Counted from the stretch's first letter, positions 1 to 10,000 are shown. The stretch is 64,000 bases of DNA from a bacterium (GCA_025360745.1 JANYBP010000103.1:3992-67991), one strand, 5' to 3'. The notes: generated from the sequence alone by a model not told the origin. Translations and numbers: made by a program.

Positions 1-399
1 TCCGATCCCGAACGACGGCAAAAATGGGCGCGCTATCTGGAGCAACTGCGTAAAATGCCGCCCACCAACGCGCGCTTTGTCTGCAAGGCCGGCCGCGCCG
101 ATTTTCATCTGGATCCCTACGGAATCGTGCGCCCCTGCGTGATGTTCCCGGGCGCAGGAGCAGACGCGCGCGTTCTGTCGTTCGCGGAGGCCTGGCGGCA
201 GATTTCAACGATGGTTAAAAAGGCTACAATTGCGGTTGACGTTTCATGCCGGTCGTGTAACAATTATGCCTTGTCAAGTTCATGCAGCGCGGTTGCGGAG
301 CTCGAAACCGGATTTTCGGACCGTTGTTCGGAATATTTGTGCGAACTGGGCAGGGCAAGAGCTGATTTATTGAGTAGTAAACGACAGGCATGGAGGTGA
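1..399 (+). CDS. radical SAM enzyme, C-terminal SPASM/twitch domain (5' partial; reading frame open to window edge)
   Basis: Frame 1 has no stop from nt 1 to the TGA at 397-399. The C terminus carries SPASM-like Cys spacing: C-x12-G-x4-C (VCKAGRADFHLDPYGIVRPC), then C-x2-C-x8-C (CRSCNNYALSSSC) and further Cys residues. It is followed 4 nt later by a small Cys-containing ORF. Confidence 0.6.
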   Translation, partial: SDPERRQKWARYLEQLRKMPPTNARFVCKAGRADFHLDPYGIVRPCVMFPGAGADARVLSFAEAWRQISTMVKKATIAVDVSCRSCNNYALSSSCSAVAELETGFSDRCSEYLCELGRARADLLSSKRQAWR

Positions 400-403
400 G
401 CGT

Positions 404-538
404 ATGAAGAAGACGCAGAAAGCCAAGTACGAAAAGCCCCGGGTCAAGGCCGTGGAACTCGCCACGGAGGAAGTGCTGAGCAGTGGCTGTCGTCAGGCCG
501 ATGTTTGCGACGTCAATGGCAGTTTCAAAGGCTATTGA
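404..538 (+). CDS. 44-aa putative RiPP precursor peptide (MKKTQKAKYEKPRVKAVELATEEVLSSGCRQADVCDVNGSFKGY)
   Basis: ATG at 404 with GGAGG 7 nt upstream; TGA at 536-538. It is not in the supplied ORF track because it is under 60 aa. It has a Lys-rich leader and an acidic middle. The C-terminal core has 2 Cys, 3 Ser and a terminal Gly-Tyr. It sits between an rSAM/SPASM gene and an HprK-like kinase gene. Confidence 0.5.
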   Translation: MKKTQKAKYEKPRVKAVELATEEVLSSGCRQADVCDVNGSFKGY

Positions 539-639
539 GTAGCGCTTTGCCGGACGGGGTTTAGTACACCTTTTAGATTAACGAGCCGTTTGCGAAGGAA
601 ATTCGCACGCGGCTTTTTGTATTTCTCAAGGGGCTTTTA

Positions 640-1548
640 GTGGCAGTACAACGATTTTGGATCGGTGGTTTGGCATACACCTACGAGGCGGATTTCGACC
701 TCGACGTCACGATGTGGCCGCCGTTCTACCGGGGCTTCGATCGCCCGCAGGCGCTGCCCGATGCTCTGGAGCTGGAATGGCATGTGCGTTTAGCCGGAAG
801 CGGCGCGTTCAGGCCGACGGGGACGCCCGAGCTGGAATCGGATGCCTGGCGTCTCTGGCGGGAAGGCGGGACGCGTACGATTGCCTTCGAAGGAGCGCCA
901 CATAATCCCCCGCAATGGACGGCCACGATGGATTTGGACGCGGGACGGGCCGAGGTGCGGTGGAATCAGCAGCTGGTGCCGGTCAGGGACGAGAGTCCGC
1001 TCTTCGGCAAGCTTTTCGCGCTTAATCTGGACCGTCTGTTGACGATGTATCGGCTGGCTGCGGGCGGTAGCGGGATGCTTGTGCATGGCGCCGCGGCCGA
1101 TTTCGACGGTCAAGGGTGGCTATTCATGGGCCGTTCGGATCGCGGCAAGAGCACTTTATCCAACCTGCTCAACCAAACCCGGGCCGCGCTTGTATTGAGC
1201 GACGAAAAGGCCATCGTGCGCAAGTTGCGTAAAGACTTCTGGCTCTGCGGCACGCCCTGGCCCAGCAGCGCCGGATTCGCGACGGCGGCCGTTTGCCCGT
1301 TGCGCGGGTTGGTGTTTCTGGAACATGGAATACAAAACGAGTTGATTCCCCTCGATGCGCCGGAGACCATGCGGCGTTTGCTTGCCATGTTCGCCTGTCC
1401 CTGGCACGATCAGTCGCTCTTCGATCCGCTCGTAACGCTGGGCGGCGAAATGGCTCAAGCGCTGCCGGCCTGGGAATTGCGTTTCCTGCCCAACGAGAGC
1501 GTGGCGGCATTCTTGCGCGAGCGGCTGGCGGGCAAACGATCGGGGTGA
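640..1548 (+). CDS. HPr kinase C-terminal-domain-like P-loop protein (stand-alone HprK-related kinase)
   Basis: Walker-A-like GRSDRGKSTLSNLL resembles the HprK C-domain GxSGxGKSE motif. It has no N-terminal HprK domain. The start is a GTG at 640, and the start is uncertain. Confidence 0.55.
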   Translation: MAVQRFWIGGLAYTYEADFDLDVTMWPPFYRGFDRPQALPDALELEWHVRLAGSGAFRPTGTPELESDAWRLWREGGTRTIAFEGAPHNPPQWTATMDLDAGRAEVRWNQQLVPVRDESPLFGKLFALNLDRLLTMYRLAAGGSGMLVHGAAADFDGQGWLFMGRSDRGKSTLSNLLNQTRAALVLSDEKAIVRKLRKDFWLCGTPWPSSAGFATAAVCPLRGLVFLEHGIQNELIPLDAPETMRRLLAMFACPWHDQSLFDPLVTLGGEMAQALPAWELRFLPNESVAAFLRERLAGKRSG

Positions 1549-1555
1549 TTTTGCT

Positions 1556-2857
1556 ATGAAAGAGATCGGCATCGGACTTCTTGGTTTCGGCACCGTCGGC
1601 GCGGGGGTTGTCGAGGCGCTGCGGAAGAATGGCGACCTCCTGGCCGCCCGCACTGGTGTACGGCTGGTCTTGCGCAAAATTGCCGATCTGGACCTGGAGC
1701 GCGACCGCGGCGTGGCGTTGGATCGCGCGCTGCTCACCACCGATGCCCTGTCGGTGATCGACGATCCCGCCATCCAGATCGTCGTGGAATTGATCGGCGG
1801 CACAAAGATCGCCCGCACCTTCATCGCGCGCGCGTTGGAACACGGCAAGCCGGTGGTCACCGCCAACAAGGCCCTGCTCGCCGAATGCGGCGCCGGAATT
1901 TTCCGGCTGGCCGCGAAGCACGGCGTCGCGGTGGGTTTCGAAGCCAGCGTGGCGGGGGCCATACCGATCGTCAAGGCGCTGCGCGAAGGACTTGTCGGCA
2001 ACCGCATCGCCCGCGTCTACGGGATCTTGAACGGCACCTGCAACTACATCCTGACCCGCATGGAGCGCGAGGGCGACACCTTCGATCACGCGCTCAAGGA
2101 AGCTCAGGCGCACGGTTACGCCGAGTCCGATCCGACGCTCGACGTGGACGGCTGGGACACCGCGCACAAGGCGGTCATTCTGGCTTCGCTGGCCCATGGG
2201 TTCCCGGTGGACATGGCCGCCGTGCACGTCGAAGGCATCCGCACGCTGGCCAAGGTCGATATCGATTATGCCCGCGTTCTGGGCTATCGCGTGAAACTGC
2301 TTGGGGTGGTCAAGGCCGAACCCGATGGCATCGACGTGCGCGTCCACCCCACCTTGATCCCGGCGAACCACATGCTCTCCTCCGTCAACGGAGTTTTCAA
2401 CGCTGTCATGGTGGACGGGGACATCGCCGGCCAGACGGTCTACTTCGGGCGCGGCGCCGGCCGCCTGCCCACCGCCAGCGCCGTCGTGAGCGATCTGGCC
2501 GACCTGGCTGTGACCATGGCCGCCGGAGCGCCCTTTCCGCCGACGCTGCCGCACGATCTCCCCGGCCGCTGTCTGAACATAGGCGAGATAAGTTCGCGAT
2601 ATTACCTGCGCATTTCGCTGCTCGATAAACCGGGCGTGATGGGCGCGCTGACCACCGTGCTGGGCAATCACGGCATCAGCATCGCCTCGGTCGTGCAGAA
2701 AGAAACCCACGCCGGACGCAACGTGCCGGTCATCATCGTCACCCACCGCGCCCGCGAAGCGGATATGAATATCGCGCTGGCCGAAATTGACGCCCGCCCC
2801 TTCGTCGGCGCCAAAACCATCCGGCTGCGCATCGAGGATATTGATGGACAGATTTAG
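1556..2857 (+). CDS. hom: homoserine dehydrogenase
   Basis: N-terminal GLLGFGTVGAGV Rossmann motif, conserved central domain, and a C-terminal ACT domain (LRISLLDKPGVMGALTTVLG). Confidence 0.9.
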   Translation: MKEIGIGLLGFGTVGAGVVEALRKNGDLLAARTGVRLVLRKIADLDLERDRGVALDRALLTTDALSVIDDPAIQIVVELIGGTKIARTFIARALEHGKPVVTANKALLAECGAGIFRLAAKHGVAVGFEASVAGAIPIVKALREGLVGNRIARVYGILNGTCNYILTRMEREGDTFDHALKEAQAHGYAESDPTLDVDGWDTAHKAVILASLAHGFPVDMAAVHVEGIRTLAKVDIDYARVLGYRVKLLGVVKAEPDGIDVRVHPTLIPANHMLSSVNGVFNAVMVDGDIAGQTVYFGRGAGRLPTASAVVSDLADLAVTMAAGAPFPPTLPHDLPGRCLNIGEISSRYYLRISLLDKPGVMGALTTVLGNHGISIASVVQKETHAGRNVPVIIVTHRAREADMNIALAEIDARPFVGAKTIRLRIEDIDGQI

Positions 2858-2922
2858 CGTGTTCGGTGTTGATCTATCCCGAACACTCAAACACCGGACA
2901 CCCGAACAGTAGCGAGAGCCAC

Positions 2923-4329
2923 ATGAGTCCCAAAAAAAATAAGCGGAAGCAAGCCGTCGCCATCAAGGTCGTAAAATTCGGCGGCAGTTCGCTGGCCGAT
3001 GCCCGTCAGATCCGCAAGGTCTTCGAGATCGTGCGCGCCGATCCGGAACGGCGTATCGTGGTCGTCTCGGCGCCCGGCAAACGCTCGCCGGAGGACATGA
3101 AGGTCACCGACCTGCTGATCGCGCTGGCCGAAGCCCAGCTCGCGGGCGCGCCCACCGGCGGCGCACTGGATCGCGTGGTCGAACGCTTCCGCGAGATTCA
3201 ACGCGCGCTGGAACTCCCCGCGGCCGTCACCAGCGCCGTTGAGGACGACCTGCGTCGGCGCCTGGCCGGAGATACCACGCACCGCGGCCGCTTTTTCGAC
3301 AACCTCAAGGCCGCCGGCGAGGACAACTGCGCCCGCGTCGTGGCGGCTGTTTTCAACAAACTCGGATTGCCGGCGCATTACGTGGACCCGCGCGAGGCCG
3401 GTTTGCTGCTGAGCGACGACTTCGGTAACGCCACCGTGCTGCCGGAGTCGTTCGACCGCCTGAAGTCGCTGCGCGACACGCCCGATGTCGCGATCTTCCC
3501 GGGCTTCTTCGGCTACACCGTCAAAGGCGAGGTAGCGACCTTCCCGCGCGGCGGATCGGACATCACCGGTTCCATTCTGGCCGCCGCCGTGAAGGCCGAA
3601 TTATACGAGAATTTCACCGATGTGGATTCGGTCTATGCCGTGGACCCGCGCATTGTCCCCGACGCCCGCGCCATCTCGGTCATCACCTATCAGGAAATGC
3701 GCGAACTGGCCTACGCCGGATTCGGCGTCTTTCACGACGAAGCCATCATGCCCGCCGTGCTGGCCAAGATTCCGATCTGCATCAAGAACACCAACCACCC
3801 CGAGGCCCCCGGCACGCGCATCGTGCCCGAGCGTCCCTACGCCTCGGGCGTCGTGGTCGGCATCGTCGGCGCCGATGGTTTCTGTACGCTCGATGTCAGC
3901 AAGTACCTGATGAACCGCGAGATCGGCTTTGGCCGGCGTCTGCTGCAAATCATCGAGGATGAGGGGCTTTCCTACGAACATGCGCCTTCCGGAATAGACA
4001 ACACCTCGGTGATCCTGCGCGAAAAAGATGTGACGCCCGAGATCGAGGCCCGGCTCTGCGAGCGCGTTCGCGACGAACTGGGCGCCAACGACGTCGGCTT
4101 CGAGCACGGCCTGGCGCTGCTCATGATCGTCGGCGAGGGCATGCGTTACACCGTCGGGCTGTCGGCCAAGGCCTGCACGGCGCTGGCCGCCGCCGGGGTC
4201 AATATCGACATGATCAACCAGGGTTCCTCCGAAATCAGCGTCATGTTCGGCATCAAGGCCGCGGATCGTAAACGGGCGATCAAGGCGCTTTACAACGCGT
4301 TTTTCCCGAAAACGCGGGCGGAATCGTGA
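2923..4329 (+). CDS. lysC: aspartate kinase
   Basis: VVKFGGSSLAD amino-acid-kinase signature. C-terminal ACT domains. The ATG at 2923 is preferred over the ORF-track start at 2866. Confidence 0.9.
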   Translation: MSPKKNKRKQAVAIKVVKFGGSSLADARQIRKVFEIVRADPERRIVVVSAPGKRSPEDMKVTDLLIALAEAQLAGAPTGGALDRVVERFREIQRALELPAAVTSAVEDDLRRRLAGDTTHRGRFFDNLKAAGEDNCARVVAAVFNKLGLPAHYVDPREAGLLLSDDFGNATVLPESFDRLKSLRDTPDVAIFPGFFGYTVKGEVATFPRGGSDITGSILAAAVKAELYENFTDVDSVYAVDPRIVPDARAISVITYQEMRELAYAGFGVFHDEAIMPAVLAKIPICIKNTNHPEAPGTRIVPERPYASGVVVGIVGADGFCTLDVSKYLMNREIGFGRRLLQIIEDEGLSYEHAPSGIDNTSVILREKDVTPEIEARLCERVRDELGANDVGFEHGLALLMIVGEGMRYTVGLSAKACTALAAAGVNIDMINQGSSEISVMFGIKAADRKRAIKALYNAFFPKTRAES

Positions 4330-5393
4330 CCACGCCCAGGGAAAATCTTTTGCGCAGCCTGAGGCGGCGCGGTTTCGAAACCGTCCCAGTCGACAGCGGC
4401 GCCTTTTGCGCCTCGCAAATCGAGGCGTTCAAGGCTCGTTTTGGACACGAAGATATCGCCGGATATTTCGGCTCGCCCGTCCGGAATTGCTCGGTGAAAC
4501 AGCGAGCGACCTGGAGCGACCCCGTCAAACTCTACCCGCGCGAAGTATTGCCGGCCAATGCCCGCATCGACGCCATGGGCGTGGCCCATTCCCAACAGCC
4601 CGATTGCTATCACATGACGCGCATGCATCATCCCTTGCAGGGGCAGGAAGTCAGCCTGGACGAGGTGAAAAACTATCCCCTGGCCAGTATTGCGCCGGGC
4701 GCAGGCGAAGCCCTGCGTCAGGTCGCGGATGGCATTCACAGCCGGGGCCTGGCGACCATGGCCCATCAGGCCTGCACCATCTGGGAAACCGCCTGGTACA
4801 TCCGCTCCATGGAGGATCTGATGGCCGATATGATGACCGGCGACGAACGGGCGCAGGTTCATCTCGACCGGGTCACCGCCCACGCGGTCGAATCGATCCG
4901 GACCTCGTCCGGCGCCGGCGTGGATATCGTCCAACTGGGCGACGATATCGGCATGCAGAGCACGATCATGATGAGTCTGGAACTTTGGCGGCATTGGCTC
5001 AAGCCGCGGCTGGCCCAGGTCATCCGGGCCGGCAAGTCCATCAAACCGGATTTGCTGATCTTCTATCATTCATGCGGCTATGTGCTTCCATTCCTCAACG
5101 ACTTGATCGAAATCGGTGTGGATATCCTGAACCCGGTGCAGCCGGAGTGCATGAAGTTCGATGTCGTCCACCGGGAGGTGGGCGGCCGCATCTCTTTCTG
5201 GGGCACCGTCGGCACGCAGAGCACCCTGCCGTTCGGCACGCCCGCGGAGGTCAGGGAGGTCGTCTGGGCCAACCTGCGCGCCTGCGGAAAACAGGGCGGC
5301 ATAGTGATTGCGCCCACCCACATGGTGGAACCGGAAGTCCCCTGGGAGAACCTGCTGGCCATGAAGCAGGCCTGCGAAACCTTCCGTCTCTGA
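4326..5393 (+). CDS. uroporphyrinogen decarboxylase (URO-D/MtaA) family protein
   Basis: TIM-barrel URO-D-like sequence over its whole length. The GTG start overlaps the lysC stop, giving an operon hom-lysC-URO-D-like. Confidence 0.6.
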   Translation: MTTPRENLLRSLRRRGFETVPVDSGAFCASQIEAFKARFGHEDIAGYFGSPVRNCSVKQRATWSDPVKLYPREVLPANARIDAMGVAHSQQPDCYHMTRMHHPLQGQEVSLDEVKNYPLASIAPGAGEALRQVADGIHSRGLATMAHQACTIWETAWYIRSMEDLMADMMTGDERAQVHLDRVTAHAVESIRTSSGAGVDIVQLGDDIGMQSTIMMSLELWRHWLKPRLAQVIRAGKSIKPDLLIFYHSCGYVLPFLNDLIEIGVDILNPVQPECMKFDVVHREVGGRISFWGTVGTQSTLPFGTPAEVREVVWANLRACGKQGGIVIAPTHMVEPEVPWENLLAMKQACETFRL

Positions 5394-5412
5394 TGTTCCA
5401 GCCGATTTTCGA

Positions 5413-6954
5413 TCAGCGAATATCCGCGACCGGTTCGCGGCCGGGGGCGTCGAGCCCGCGCCGTTCGAGCAGCGAGCCTTCCAGCCTGTAGAGGGCGATA
5501 TAGGCGTCGAGATGCGTCACGATCGCCAGGCTCTCGGTGATCTGGCTGTTCAACAGATCCCGCGCCGCCACGGCCACCAGCAGGGCTGTCGATTTTCCGA
5601 CCAGCAACTTCCCATTTTCCGCTTCCAGCACCTCTTCCTGAAGCTGCCGCGCCGCCGAAGTGGCCGCCACCTGTTCGCGTGAACGGACCACCTCCACATA
5701 GGCCGAGCGCACGTCCACTTCGGCCAGTTGCTTCAGGTTGTCCATGGCCTCGCGAGTCTGATCGAGGCTGTAATCCGCCCGCCGCCGCCTGGCATGGGCG
5801 TCGCGATTGCCCAGCGCATATTCGAACTGCAGCCCGAACGATAGGTCGCTGGCGTTGCCCTTAAGATCGCTGACCGAGCGCCCGAACGAATCGCCGTAGC
5901 CTGTTTTTCCAAGGTTGACGAAGGCATCCAGCCGCGGCAGCAGGCCGTTTTTCGTTTTCACGATTTCCAACTCGCCGCGGCGGACGGATAAACGCGCCTG
6001 GTTGAGATCCGGACGCATCCGCATGGCCACGGCCACATGTGCGCCGACGTCGTCCAGGGGTTCCTTCGGAACCGGCGGGGCGTCCTTCAGGACGATCTCG
6101 CGGTCCCATCCCCCGGCGCCGGGCGGATTGACCAGTTGGATCATTCTAAGGCGGCCTTTTTCCATGGCGCCTTGCGCATCGATCAGAAACTCGCGGCGCA
6201 AGGCCACTTCGGCCTCGGCCGATTTCAATTCCACGCGCGAGAGTTTGCCGACGCGGATGCGCGCCGCGATTTCGTCGCGCTGCTGTTCCGCCACCGCCAG
6301 GGATTGCTTCACGATCTCCAACTGCCTGCGCGCCAGAGCCAGACTCCAGTAGGCGGTTTCGACCTGCGCCACAAAGTTCTCGGTATAACCGCGCAATTCG
6401 TATTCCGTCACCCGCGTGTCGAGGCGGGCCTGCCGCAGGCTGGCCAGATTGACCGCCGTGCCAAAGCCATTGAGCAGCGACTGGCTCGCGGACAGGCCCA
6501 CCCGCGTCGCTGCCTGACGGTCGCTGTAGAGCGTCGAGTTGTCTATTTCAGTCGTTCCTTGCAGCCCGATGCGCGTGCCGGTCGGAAGCAACTCGGAGAT
6601 CCCCAGCGCGCCGGAGATGCTGTCGGAATTGACCTGGTTGGTGCTGGAAAAAGGCGTGATCTGCGCGTTGTTGGCCCTGGTCTTTTGCGCCTGCGCGGTC
6701 AGACTGGGATCGAAGGCCGCAACGGCCTGTTGCTCGAAGGTTTTCTGAATGGCCGGATTCCAGCGCTGCACACGCAGGGCCGGGTTGTTCTCCAGCGAGA
6801 TCAACAGGGCGTCACGCAGGGTGAGTTCCACCGACGCCCTCGACGCGACACCCACCGCCCCCGTGGACGCGGAAGGCGCCGGCGCCGCGGAAGCCAGGCC
6901 GGCGCCGGACAGCAACATGCCCGCGAAAGCAATGGCGCAATAAATAATCTTCAT
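5413..6954 (-). CDS. RND efflux outer membrane factor (TolC/OprM family)
   Basis: Signal peptide and two-repeat OEP architecture. It is last in the MFP-RND-OMF operon. Confidence 0.85.
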   Translation of the reverse strand: MKIIYCAIAFAGMLLSGAGLASAAPAPSASTGAVGVASRASVELTLRDALLISLENNPALRVQRWNPAIQKTFEQQAVAAFDPSLTAQAQKTRANNAQITPFSSTNQVNSDSISGALGISELLPTGTRIGLQGTTEIDNSTLYSDRQAATRVGLSASQSLLNGFGTAVNLASLRQARLDTRVTEYELRGYTENFVAQVETAYWSLALARRQLEIVKQSLAVAEQQRDEIAARIRVGKLSRVELKSAEAEVALRREFLIDAQGAMEKGRLRMIQLVNPPGAGGWDREIVLKDAPPVPKEPLDDVGAHVAVAMRMRPDLNQARLSVRRGELEIVKTKNGLLPRLDAFVNLGKTGYGDSFGRSVSDLKGNASDLSFGLQFEYALGNRDAHARRRRADYSLDQTREAMDNLKQLAEVDVRSAYVEVVRSREQVAATSAARQLQEEVLEAENGKLLVGKSTALLVAVAARDLLNSQITESLAIVTHLDAYIALYRLEGSLLERRGLDAPGREPVADIR

Positions 6955-7011
6955 GATTCGTGCCTGCTCAGGTTTGTGACAAGTGAACAGTAAACAGTGA
7001 ACGGTGAACAG

Positions 7012-10000
7012 TCAAACCGAGTTCGCCTTCACTGCTTGCCGTTCACTGTTCACTTCCCCGCTGTTAAAATGGCGATGGGTCGCCATCTGGACCCTTTCCA
7101 TATAGAGATAGAACACCGGGGTGACATAAAGCGTCAGGGTTTGCGAAAACAACAGTCCGCCGACCACCGCCAGTCCGAGCGGCTGGCGCGCTTCGCCGCC
7201 GGCGCCGTAGCCGAAGGCGATGGGCAGGCCGCCCATCAGCGCCGCCATGGTGGTCATCATGATCGGACGGAAGCGGATCATGCAGGCCTCGTGGATCGCC
7301 TCGTCGGCCGCCTTGCCGCCCCGGCGCGCCTCGATCGCGAAGTCAACCATCATAATGCCGTTCTTTTTCACCAGGCCCACCAGCATGATGATGCCGACGA
7401 AGGCGTAGATCGAAAGTTCGGCGTTGAAGAGCAGCAGGGTCACCAGCGCGCCGAAACCCGCGAAAGGCAGGGCGGAGAGAATCGTGATCGGATGCCAGAA
7501 GTTCTCATAGAGGATGCCCAGCACAATGTAAATGACCACGATCGCGAGTATCAGCAGGATGCCCATGCTCTTGATGGAATTTTGAAACGCCTGCGCCTCG
7601 CCCTGGAAATTGCCCGAGACCCCGCCGCCGGCCAGTTGCCGTTCCATGATCTTGTCCACCTGTTTGACCGCCTCGCCGATGGAGACGCCGGGTTTCAAAT
7701 TGAACGAAATCGTCACCGACGGGAGCTGGCCGAAGTGGTTGATCGTCAACGGTCCGACGCCCGGCCGCAGGTCGGCCGCGGCGTTGATCGGCACCAGCAG
7801 TCCCGAGGAGGAGCGCACATTCAGGAGCGGCAGCGCGGCCGCGTTCTGCTGGTATTCCGGCATCAGTTCCAGGATCACCTGGTACTGGTTGTTGGGCGCG
7901 TAAATCGTGGAAGCCTGACGGGAACCGTAGGCGTTGTACAAGGCGTTTTCGATCTGCGCGACCGACAGGCCCATGGACGAGGCCAGGTCGCGGTTGATCT
8001 TGATGTCGAGTTCGGGGTTCTTCAACTGCATGTCGCTGTTCACGTCCTGAAACCCCGGCAGGGCGGCCATGGCCTCCATCAACCTGGCGGTCTGCCGGTA
8101 GAGTTCGTCCGCGTCCGTCGCCTGTAGCGTATATTGGTATTTGCTCTTGGACGACTGGCCGCCGATCGGGATGGTCGGAGGAATCACCGCGTAGGCCCGG
8201 ATACCCGGCACGGAGGCCAGGAACGGCTGCAATTTGCGAATCACGCCGTCCACGCTCAATTCCCGCTGGGCGCGTGGTTTCAGGCGGACCATCATGCGTC
8301 CGACGTTTGCGCCGCTACTGCCGCGCGAGCCGCCGCTCGACATGAAAGCTTCGATGTTGGGATCCTTGCGGACGAGTTCCGCCAGCGCCTGCTGATGTGT
8401 CAGCATCGACTTGAAAGAGATGCCTTCCGCGGCTTCGGTGGTGATGGTGAACATGTCGCGATCCTCGCTGGGAATAAATCCCATCGGCACGATCGTGAAC
8501 AGCCAGCCCGTCAATCCCAGCGCCAGAATCGCCAGCGTCATGGTGCGGGCGGGCCGGCGCAAAACCCACCAGAGGGTGCGGTGGTAAAACTCCAGCATGG
8601 CTTGGAAACCGCGCTCCGTGACGGCATAGATGTGGCCATGGCGAATCGAGGCCGGCGCGCGCAAAAAGCGGCTGCACAACATGGGCGTCAGGGTCAGCGA
8701 AATCACGCCCGAAATCAGCACCGCCGCGCCGATGGTCACCGCGAACTCCCGGAAAATCCGGCCCATCAGGCCGCCCATGAACAGGACGGGAATGAACACC
8801 GCCGCCAGCGACAGCGTCATCGAGACGATGGTGAAGCCGATTTCCCGCGCCCCGTCCAGAGCCGCCTCCATCCGTTGCTTGCCCATTTCCATGTGCCGCA
8901 CGATATTTTCGAGCATCACGATGGCGTCGTCCACCACGAAGCCGATGGCCAGGGTCAGGGCCATCAGCGACAGGTTATCCAGACTGTAATTCAACACGTT
9001 CATCGCCGCGAAGGTGCCGATCAGCGACATCGGCAGCGCCAGCGCCGGTATCACGGTCGCCGAGACGTTGCGCAGAAACACAAAGATGACCAGCACCACC
9101 AGCAAGAAGGTCAGAACCAGGGTGAACTCGGCGTCGTGAACCGAGGCGCGAATCGACAGGCTGCGGTCGAACAAGGTGGTCAGCGTGACCGCCGCCGGCA
9201 GTTTTTTCTGAAGCTCGGGCATCAGCGCCTTCACGGCGTCGGCCACTTCCACCGTGTTCTTGCCAGGCTGCCGCATGATGGCCAGAATCACGGCGCGCTG
9301 CTGGCCGGCCGCCGTGCAATACCAGGCGGCGACCTTGTCGTTTTCCACGCTGTCCGTGACCCGGCCGAGGTCGCCCAGTCGCACCGGCGCGCCTTTGCGA
9401 TAGGTCACGATCAGCGAGCGATAGCCGTCCGCCTTCATGATCTGGCCGTCGGTCTGAATCGTGACCGCCCGGTACGGGCCGTAGAGGATGCCGGAGGGCT
9501 GGTTCACGTTGCCCTGGGCGATCGCGTCGGCCACCTCGTTGATGCCGATTCCGTGGGCGGCCAGCGCCATCGGGTCAACCTGGATGCGCACGGCATACTT
9601 CTGGGAGCCGAAAACCTGGACCTGGGCCACGCCGTCCACCATCGATATCCGCTGCGCCATCAGCGTCTGTCCGTATTCGTCCAGCGCCGACAACGGCAGC
9701 GTCGGGCTGGTCAGCACCAGATAGAGAAAGGGCGAGTCGGCCGGGTTGGATTTTTGAAAAGAGGGCGGTGACGGCATGTCGGCCGGCAATTGCCGCCCGG
9801 CGCGGGCAATCGAAGCCGTCACGTCCAGAGCCGCGGCGTCAATGTCGCGATCCAGGGCGAAGGTCAGCGTGATCTGCGAACTGCCCAGAGCGCTGGAGGA
9901 GTTCATGGACTCCAGGCCGGCGATCATCGAGAACTGCTTTTCGAGCACGGTGGCCACCGAGGAGGCCATCGTTTCGGGACTGGCGCCCGGCAGGGAGGCC

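Noticed and set aside
1169-2890. 573-aa ORF antisense to hom. Similar long antisense or overlapping ORFs elsewhere: 8134-9771, 12828-14279, 19191-20363, 22827-24899, 32858-35950 and 48912-51536.
   Set aside because: High-GC DNA yields long stop-free antisense frames. All of these lie opposite genes with unambiguous conserved products (hom, RND pump, murC, ftsA, sensor kinase, secA, dnaK). Their translations are low-complexity Arg/Gly/Ala/Pro-rich.
2866-2922. N-terminal extension of lysC (MLIYPEHSN...)
   Set aside because: The conserved aspartokinase N terminus begins at the ATG at 2923 (MSPKK...VVKFGGSS). The extension has no support.
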